Source: Convolutriloba macropyga (taxonomy: Eukaryota). Taken from it: DNA of 64,000 nt. Both the position numbers and the translations under genes were made by a program. The notes beneath the pieces were generated by a model. The model was not told the DNA's origin. It saw only the letters and a program-made list of their open reading frames with translations, and made no database searches. The stretch spans positions 7,874,001 through 7,938,000 of the forward strand of contig NC_134472.1 in NCBI RefSeq assembly GCF_964194025.1, read 5' to 3'. This document shows, in pieces, positions 13,877 to 21,900 of the stretch (within the stretch, counting starts at the first letter, position 1; every line of letters begins with the position of its first letter).

Positions 13877-14515
13877 ATGGTTTTTATATTAGCTGCGAGT
13901 TCACTTCATCACGCCATAAAAACTGCGCCTCAAGTAACACAAAATCGTTACAAACGTAACGTTTACGCATTACCGGGTTTAAGTTTCAACCCTAACGCTT
14001 TGAAAGTCCGAAAAACAGCGCAGTTCCAGTTGAGTCATTTCTTTCATGATAAGAAGCGCCTAGTTATATGGCATGATGTAGTGAACAATTCGCTTTCACG
14101 TCATCGAAGCAACGACAATAAGCCTTTAACACCTTCACAGCTTATTGCAGTGCTTGAAAACTATCAGGAGCGCATAGAAGCTATTGTGTATTGCCCCAGA
14201 GAGGGAACTCCTGATATTTCTGATCAGCTCAAGCGTAGTACTCTAGTTACCATACACTTAGTGAAAGACATTGTGTCTAGACGTAAACAGAAAGATCTTA
14301 GTTTACTCAAAGAGTACAGAGCATTACACCAAAGGCCTGCGCTTGAGCTGAAAACACTGACCATAGTCTTAAATCATAAGAACAACCTCCGGTCCTTGAT
14401 AACACGCTCCCGACCGAAGAAACTTTCAAAGCGCCGTCGTAAAACGCTTCGCACCCGTCATGCGTTCGAGGAGGCGGAACTCACACAAGCCTTTGATAAC
14501 CTGAATGTCACTTAG
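13877..14515 (+). CDS. Extra retrotransposon-borne ORF (212 aa), putative SGNH/GDSL hydrolase-like fold with basic C-terminal tail
   Basis: Intact ATG-TAG ORF inside the element leader; VFILAASSL (block I-like Ser8), YALPG (Gly34), LVIWHDVVNNSL (Asn70/71), VYCPR, YRALH (His151); tail RPKKLSKRRRK. Fold call is pattern recognition only. Confidence 0.6.
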   Translation: MVFILAASSLHHAIKTAPQVTQNRYKRNVYALPGLSFNPNALKVRKTAQFQLSHFFHDKKRLVIWHDVVNNSLSRHRSNDNKPLTPSQLIAVLENYQERIEAIVYCPREGTPDISDQLKRSTLVTIHLVKDIVSRRKQKDLSLLKEYRALHQRPALELKTLTIVLNHKNNLRSLITRSRPKKLSKRRRKTLRTRHAFEEAELTQAFDNLNVT

Positions 14516-14835
14516 TCTTGCGCTGTTTTGGGAGTCTACCCGCTGACTGGCGGTCTGACTTAGTTAACTCACGAGTTACGGGTTAGTTTGTGGTTGGTTC
14601 TCTCCGATAGCGCTTTACTAAACGTTTCGCTCTCCCCATTCTTCGAGTTTTTCACTACCGTCCGTTTTCCGCAGGTTATCTGGTTTCATTTTCCGTTTCC
14701 GTCCTTTTGTTTCCTTGTCACTTTGTTTCCTCCTATCTCCCGTTTATCTGTTGTATGATGTAGTATGTTGAGTTTCTGCTGTAGTAAAATTTCTCTCTGC
14801 TAGTATGCTGGTTTGTTGTGTAGTCTCATTCCTTG

Positions 14836-15188
14836 CTAGGGTGTGACTTAAGTTCATTCTGGAGTTACGGCTGGTTTGTTTCGTGACTTTCACCACACTG
14901 GTTTGCTAGCAATTTGTTGTAGCTTTATTAGTTTTTGTAGTATGTACTTTTGTTGTCTGGGTAGGGTGGTTTGCTAGGGTGTGACTTAAGTTTGTTCTGG
15001 AGTTACGGCTAGTAAAGTTCCTGACCTTTTCGACTTTTGGTTATACTACACTGTTGCCGTAAATTGTTTCATGTTTAATGTTTTGATGCCGTTGTTAAAG
15101 CCCCATAATGATTTGTGCTAGTGTACCTGGCAGTAGCTCGTCTCCTTCTTTCTAGGGTGTGACTTAAGTTTATTCTGGAGTTACGGCT
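14836..15188 (+). repeat. Array of three 37-bp hairpin repeats (14836-14872, 14974-15010, 15152-15188) in the young element leader
   Basis: Consensus CTAGGGTGTGACTTAAGTTTATTCTGGAGTTACGGCT, separated by 101- and 141-bp spacers that differ from each other. Confidence 0.92.
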
Positions 15189-15220
15189 AGCTTGTTTGGT
15201 TGAGTTGTTGCTGTGGTCTG

Positions 15221-16234
15221 TTAGCATCGATCTTCCCGCCTCCTCGCTTGGGGTTTCCGCCCCGCCCGTGCCAGTTTTCCCGTTTCGTCGCGCGCCATCC
15301 GCCCGACTTTTCCGCCCCGCCCGTGCCGTTTTCCCGTTTCGTCGCGCGCCATCCGCCCGACTTTTCCGCCCCGCCCGTGCCGTTTTCCCGTTTCGTCGCG
15401 CGCCATCCGCCCGACTTTTCCGCCCCGCCCGTGCCAGTTTTCCCGTTTCGTCGCGCGCCATCCGCCCGACTTTTCCGCCCCGCCCGTGCCGTTTTCCCGT
15501 TTCGTCGCGCGCCATCCGCCCGACTTTTCCGCCCCGCCCGTGCCGTTTTCCCGTTTCGTCGCGCGCCATCCGCCCGACTTTTCCGCCCCGCCCGTGCCGT
15601 TTTCCCGTTTCGTCGCGCGCCATCCGCCCGACGTTTCCGCCCCGCCCGTGCCATTTTCCCGCTTCGTCGCGCGCTTTTCGCCCGACGCTCCCGTTTGTCC
15701 GTCCGGTTCCCCGTTGCGTCGTGCGTTAATCGTTCGGCGTCTCTTCCCGTCTCCCGTTCTGCCCCCTTTTCGTTTTTCGGCCTGACATTCCTTGCATGTA
15801 TTACGATTGGCGAAATTCTTGAAACCGCAGGAACAGTTCCAATCTCCAGGTCTCCCGCGATTTCCACCACCATCAGCTCCACCGCCAAATCCCCCGGCTG
15901 AACTAGCGCCTGCACCCTCAGGTCGACTCTCTCTGCATTTTCTGCATGAGGTACGATCCATAAAGTTGGTCGATCCACAGGAGCATGTCCATTCTTCCCT
16001 CTGCTCCCGAGCTGCGCCACCTTCAGATTTTCCTCCAAATCCACCTCGGTTTCCCCCGAATCCGCCTTCACTCTCGTCATTTCCTCCGAAGCCACCTCCT
16101 CCAAAACCACCCTCGGCTTTTCTTCCAAATCCACCTCTGTCTCGTCCGTCCCGTCTCCCGTTCTGCCCCTTTTCGCGCTTCCTGCGCACCGTTCTTTCTT
16201 TCTTTCGCCGGGTACTATTGTACTCGACGAACAT
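15221..16234 (-). CDS. Antisense ORF containing a captured RGG/GGFG-rich segment with two RanBP2-type zinc fingers (core about 15776-16148), running into the VNTR
   Basis: WTCSCGSTNFMDRTSCRKC (15935-15991) and RPGDWNCSCGFKNFANRNTCKEC (core 15785-15841), with GGFGG/RGGFG repeats; first ATG at 16234; translation unproven. Confidence 0.6.
   Translation of the reverse strand: MFVEYNSTRRKKERTVRRKREKGQNGRRDGRDRGGFGRKAEGGFGGGGFGGNDESEGGFGGNRGGFGGKSEGGAAREQREEWTCSCGSTNFMDRTSCRKCRESRPEGAGASSAGGFGGGADGGGNRGRPGDWNCSCGFKNFANRNTCKECQAEKRKGGRTGDGKRRRTINARRNGEPDGQTGASGEKRATKRENGTGGAETSGGWRATKRENGTGGAEKSGGWRATKRENGTGGAEKSGGWRATKRENGTGGAEKSGGWRATKRENWHGRGGKVGRMARDETGKRHGRGGKVGRMARDETGKRHGRGGKVGRMARDETGKLARAGRKPQARRREDRC
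15253..15686 (+). repeat. GC/CpG-rich 54-bp tandem repeat, 8 copies
   Basis: Unit TTTTCCGCCCCGCCCGTGCCGTTTTCCCGTTTCGTCGCGCGCCATCCGCCCGAC; two copies have an extra A; the last copy is degenerate. Confidence 0.97.
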
Positions 16235-16369
16235 CTTTGCTCCTTTGCGGTTTGCTAGGCAAACCGTCACACTAGGGTTCGGTATAACCCATTTGTGTTG
16301 TGCTGTTGCATGTCTGTGTACTTTATAGTAGTACTAAATTAAACTTGTGGCTCCTGTTTTGATAAGACC

Positions 16370-18997
16370 ATGACAACTTTGCAGGACAAATTCAACAAAC
16401 TTTATAGAGCGAGGGCAAAATTAGAGGCTGAACTTTATAACATCTATGGTGAAATTAACAATGCTGTTGATAAGCAAGACAGGAAAGTTAAGATCGAACG
16501 TCTGATTGTGAAGTGCAAAGATGCTTTTACTAGAGTGGTTGATAAGAATGAAGAGCTCTTTGATCTGGCACAGAAGACTGAAGATCCAGACGCTGCCTGT
16601 AAGAATCTTGAGAAATGGTTAGAGACTGTAACAAAGAAAACTGACGAGTTCATTGCTGCTGCTCGAGGGTATATCAATTCGGTCCAAGACAAAGAGAAGG
16701 CAGAGATGTATACCTCTCACCACTCAAGATCAGGTTCGCATATGACTTCCTCAAAAAGATCAAGTCAGCGTCAAAGAGAATTAGAATTATCAAGACTAAA
16801 AAGGGAGGAACTTGAGAAACAACATGAGGCAAAGCTTCGCATTGCTAGACAACGTCTTGAAATTGAAAAACAAACGAAATTGCGGGAATTAGAAATTGAG
16901 CAGCTTGAGGAGGATCATCGCAAGGAAGTAGCTGCTGCAGCCCTTGAGGAAATTGAGTTGATGACAAAATCAGCAACAGACGGGTCTGATACAAGCGAAA
17001 TGAGTGGGCTCTTTACCGAAAGAAGTTCAGTTAAGAGCAAGAAACTTGTTCAAGATTGGGTTAATTCGTCACCGGCCGGGAACATGGCAGATGTTGCAAA
17101 CGAACCGAGTTTGCACTTTTCTGGTTCCATCGCCCAATCCAACCAAGCAATTGTCCAACGACCTTCTTCAGCAAAACTTCCAAAGTCACACTCTAATCTC
17201 AATACTCATGGTCAAGTTGAGGCTAACATCAACCTCCCTGTCCATGAGCCGCAAGAACCAAGTACTAGAACCAATGTAACCAACGATGCACATGTTGCAA
17301 ATGACATCATGCAAGAGCAACGACAGCCTCAATATACGCCTCCACCACCACCAATAAACTTTGGTATGCCTACTCAACTAAACGCCCCAAACACAGCCCG
17401 ACAACTGTCTCAAGCAACAATGCACTTCGATGGTTTACAGTTAGATCATCAATTCCCTCGCAGGGCGAGCATGCCGGGACAGTTGAATTTAACCAGCCCT
17501 CTGCATTCACCTCCTTTAAATGCACTCGCTAATGCTCCGCTAGCACTTAATCCGCAACAGGCACACATAAATGTACCAGCCCCTCCACCCCCCGTTCCAA
17601 ACCCCGCACCACCGCATTTTCCGTTAATCCCACCAGCATTCCGATTTCCTCCTTCCCCGCCACAAGCACTCCCACTACAAGCCACTAACCCCGTGGCGAA
17701 TAATATCAATCTGTTACCCCATTCTCCGCCTGCACCATTCATTTCCTCCGCAATTAATTTCGTACCTCAATTAATTCATCCACCACCCCCACAAAAGAGT
17801 TTTCAGCCCCAAAATTTTGTACCCATAACCCACGCACCTCCCGCTCCTCCAGATCCAAATGTCTGGCGTTTTCCAGCAGCAGTCCCATCTAATGCAGTAC
17901 CACTTGTACGATCATCCGCAAACTTATACACCGTACAACCGGCCCCGTTAATCAACCCTCATATAACTACATCTCACCACTCCTCTCATGTACAAGCAAC
18001 AGCAGTGCCTCAAAATTACGTAACTTCAGATTTCATGCAAGCGAATCCATTTAGTTCCTCCACAGGTATCGCCCCCACCTTTGTCACTCCGATCATTCCG
18101 CCAACGTATGGAGCTACCGTTCCGAACCCGTTGTGTTGGGGTGGCCCGCCGCATCCCACACCTTCGGCTCCTTCTTTGGACTCTGCGGATTTGATAAAGC
18201 AGTTGGCAGAGGCAATTACTTGTAAGAAGAACGATCCACTGCCCGAGTGGAAGTTGTCACAGTACAATGGTGATCCACTGCAGTGGCACGAATGGTTCGG
18301 ACAATTTAAAAGCGCCATAGACGCACAGTCCTTGACTGATGACGTCAAGTTAACATACTTAAAAACCCTTGTAACTGGAAAAGCTAAAACCGCCATCGCT
18401 GAGTTCGCATACTGCGGTGTAATGTATAAGGACGCACTTAAGACACTCGAACGTAAATTTGGCCAACCACAGGCAGTAGTCAGTGCACATTTAGACAAAC
18501 TCAGCTCTTTTCCTCCATTAAAGATGCACAATAGTGATAACATCATAAACTATTCTGCAACAATTTCAAGTCTTGTTGGGGTCTTTAAATCACTTTCATA
18601 TGACGCAGACCTTAAGAGCGCCTCACTTCTCAATACGGCTGTGCAAAAATTGCCGCCCAATCTGAAAGAGTCTTGGTCACTCTTCACAGTGAAGAAACAT
18701 TGGGTTAAGCCAACACTCCTTGACTTCAACGATTGGTTGAAGGAGAAGGCCGAGGCACATGATTTAATGAAACAAACTTCGTCGAAAGCAAGAACTGAGG
18801 ATAACACCAACTCAGTAGTAAAGACCAAAGTTGCCTCAAGAACTTTTGCTGCTAATACACAAACTAAGGGCACTCAGAGACCAGCCTCAACATCGGCAAC
18901 GCCTGCAACCCCCGCTGCATTGTGTGTAAAGGTATCCACCGCATCTGGGAGTGTAGGGTATTTAAAGAAAAGTCTCCCACTCAGCGAGCAAAGGTAG
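16370..18997 (+). CDS. gag: BEL/Pao Gag (N-terminal coiled coil, Pro-rich linker, DUF1759-like capsid domain); natural frame continues into pol after a 1-bp shift near 18910
   Basis: 875-aa ORF; LPEWKLSQYNGDPLQWHEWFGQFKSAID...KLTYLKTLVTGKAK motif. Confidence 0.92.
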   Translation: MTTLQDKFNKLYRARAKLEAELYNIYGEINNAVDKQDRKVKIERLIVKCKDAFTRVVDKNEELFDLAQKTEDPDAACKNLEKWLETVTKKTDEFIAAARGYINSVQDKEKAEMYTSHHSRSGSHMTSSKRSSQRQRELELSRLKREELEKQHEAKLRIARQRLEIEKQTKLRELEIEQLEEDHRKEVAAAALEEIELMTKSATDGSDTSEMSGLFTERSSVKSKKLVQDWVNSSPAGNMADVANEPSLHFSGSIAQSNQAIVQRPSSAKLPKSHSNLNTHGQVEANINLPVHEPQEPSTRTNVTNDAHVANDIMQEQRQPQYTPPPPPINFGMPTQLNAPNTARQLSQATMHFDGLQLDHQFPRRASMPGQLNLTSPLHSPPLNALANAPLALNPQQAHINVPAPPPPVPNPAPPHFPLIPPAFRFPPSPPQALPLQATNPVANNINLLPHSPPAPFISSAINFVPQLIHPPPPQKSFQPQNFVPITHAPPAPPDPNVWRFPAAVPSNAVPLVRSSANLYTVQPAPLINPHITTSHHSSHVQATAVPQNYVTSDFMQANPFSSSTGIAPTFVTPIIPPTYGATVPNPLCWGGPPHPTPSAPSLDSADLIKQLAEAITCKKNDPLPEWKLSQYNGDPLQWHEWFGQFKSAIDAQSLTDDVKLTYLKTLVTGKAKTAIAEFAYCGVMYKDALKTLERKFGQPQAVVSAHLDKLSSFPPLKMHNSDNIINYSATISSLVGVFKSLSYDADLKSASLLNTAVQKLPPNLKESWSLFTVKKHWVKPTLLDFNDWLKEKAEAHDLMKQTSSKARTEDNTNSVVKTKVASRTFAANTQTKGTQRPASTSATPATPAALCVKVSTASGSVGYLKKSLPLSEQR

Positions 18998-21900
18998 TGG
19001 CTGAAGCAAAACTGTGTTTCTCATGTTTGAGAGAAAAGCATATGTTCAGGCAATGCCCAAACCCCAGGAAATGCAGGAAGGACGGTTGCAACAGCTCCCA
19101 TAACACACTTCTTCATGGAGCTGAGAGGGTTTATCCATCAAAATCCCCTCCAAACGGCAACAACAGTAATTCTAATGCTGGCGCAAATCAAAGTAAACTT
19201 CCTAGTGTCCAATCATCGAGTAAGACCACCACTTTGTCATCTGTGAGTAATGTGAAAGGCCTCCTTCAGGTGACTGAATTACAGTTGAAGAGCTCTTCCG
19301 GTAAAGATACCACGGCTTTAGTTTTGTGCGATACCGCTTGCAGTAACTCTTGGGTGTCCAATGATCTTGCAAATAGACTTGGTTTGCACGGTACAGCATT
19401 GAAACTGACAGTCAAGGGTATAAATACCGAGGAGGTTGTAGACACTAAGTTAGTTGAACTAATTGTAACACCACGCGACAACCAAGCATTTGAACCATTT
19501 AAAGTAAACCCTTATGTAAAGGAAGATTTAAATGTAGGCGCCGATGTCATCAACATTAAAGCACTTCAGGAAACATACCCGCACCTAGCAGTCCTAGACC
19601 CAATTACATATTGCTATGGAAACATCGAGATGATACTTGGACAGGATGTGTATCATGCCATCCGCCCGTTAGAGTACTTCGCTGCCGACGAGAAGTCCTC
19701 GCCCTTCGCTGTTCGCTTGCCCATAGGTTGGGTTCTAAGCGGCCCTCTACCGTCGTCTTCAGGTTTAGTCTCGACTTGTTTCAAAGCTAATTTGGAGCAG
19801 GATTTTGAACTCGCTAGTCAGGTAAAATCTTGGTACGACATGGAGTCGTACGGCGCACTTAAGCAAGTAGACCCACGATCCGCATCGGATGCACGTGCGC
19901 ATGAAATTCTTGAAAACACCACCGTGCATAATGGAAAAAGGTACGATGTCGGAATGCTATGGGCTGAAGATAACATCGAACTGCCCAACAATTATTTCTC
20001 AGCGCTTGTTCAATTAAAGTCTTTGGAAAAGCGGCTAACGAAAGATCAGACATTAAGGGAAAAGTACTCGAATACCATCAAAGAGGACTTAGACAAAGGC
20101 TACGTAGTAAGGGTCAAAGATGCGCATAAGGTGGAAAGTCGCTCGGAACGAGAGTGGTACCTACCACACCATCCGGTTGTTAACCCGAACAAGCCGGGCA
20201 AGGTTCGTAGGGTACTAAACGGAGCAGCAAAATTCCATGGCGCATCTCTCAATAAGTCATTACTCACCGGACCTGACCTACTGCAAAACCTAATCTATGT
20301 ACTTCTACGGTTCAGACAACATCCATTTGCCGTATCCGCCGACATTGAGGGAATGTTCCTCCAAGTTGGAGTGTTGCCATGTGATCAACCATCATTGCGC
20401 TTTTTGTGGCGGGAGGACCCCACATCAAATGTTGTGGTACACCAGTATACGCGCCACATCTTTGGGGCAAAAGATTCACCCACCTGCGCCAACTACGCAC
20501 TTCAGCGCACGGCACGCGATAATGCTAAGGAGTACCCAGAAGCTGCGAAAGCCGTCCTTGAGAACTTCTACATGGACGATTACTTGGACTCAGTGGAATC
20601 CCCCGAGAGGGCCCTCATTAGGTCGAAGGAATTGGTTCATCTTCTCCATCTAGGTGGGTTCAAGCTTACTAAGTTTGTAAGCAATGTACCAGATCTGGCT
20701 GACCGAATTGATGGGTCTGCTCAATCCACTGAACCGAAGGTCATCGTTTCATCCAAGGAGGAATCAATGCACGTGCTTGGGCTTAAGTGGGATCACAACA
20801 ACGATACTCTGGTTGTGAGCAGGGGTACTAACAGTACCATCACGAAAAGTTTAACACAGCGCTTGGTCTTAAGTCTTGTGTCAAAGGTCTACGACCCAAT
20901 TGGTCTTGTCGCACCTTTCACTGTTGGTGCTCGGTTAATCTTGAAAGACATTTGGCGTGTCAATGGACAAAGTTGGGATGACGAGTTACCTAAGGACACA
21001 GTTGATAGATTCCTTGCCTGGTGTATTGAACTGCCGCGGTTAGCTGAGATCACTATACCGAGAAGTTACTTTTCAGGACCATTCCAACATCTTGAACTCC
21101 ACATGTTTGGTGATAGCTCGCAAGACGTATTCAGTGCAGTAGGATTTCTTAGGGCTCAAGTGACTTGCACCTCCGGGGAGATTATAACAGAGCTGGCGTT
21201 TGTCTTGGGCAAGGCCCGTGTTGCACCTATGAAGGTAATGACAGTTCCTAAGTTGGAATTACAAGCCGCTCTCCTCGCTGCTCGTTTAAAAAGGGAAATC
21301 TGTCGAGCATTAACGGTTACTGTGGACAAAGTCTTTATGTGGACAGATAGTACCATCGTCTTGCAGTGGATAAACTCAACAAACAAACACCCCATCTTCA
21401 TTGCAAATCGTGTTAGTGAAATCCTGGAGAACACCAGCGTTGACCAATGGAACCACGTCGCCACTTGTGATAATCCGGCAGATGCTGGCACGCGTGGCAT
21501 GTCCGCTGAAGTTTTGCAGTCAAGTAGCTGGGTGAGGGGTCCTGACTTCTTGAGAACTAAGCAATTCCCTTTTGTACCAAATACTGACGTCGTTGATAAC
21601 ATCAAGCTCGGCGTTGTAACCAATGAACAAGACGATGACTCCATCTCATCTTTAGCCGCATCTGTAACCAATTCTCTAAAGGAACAAAGCATTAATCTGA
21701 TCCCGTTTGATAAGTTCAGTTCTTATCAAAAATTACTTCGTGTCACCGCATATGTGCTCCGTCTTTTACCATCTCATGAAAGTTACCGTACCGTAGACGG
21801 CAGCATAGCCGACCCTGTTGAGCTTGACGAAGCCGAGCGTCATCTCCAGTACTTGGTTCAAGGAGAGTCCTTTAGTACTGAAAGAAAGGATCTTCTTGAC

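Noticed and set aside
14836-15188. CRISPR-like look of the 37-bp repeat/spacer arrays (also 24661-25173)
   Set aside because: Eukaryotic retrotransposon context with no cas genes; spacers are 100-140 bp, positionally homologous between the two elements and weakly related to each other, i.e. an old tandem repeat with a conserved core
15075-16328. Other overlapping ORFs across the VNTR (15075-15623, 15187-16134, 15196-15729, 15200-15901, 15792-16328)
   Set aside because: Open only because the GC-rich repeat lacks stops; only the ZnF frame has recognisable domains
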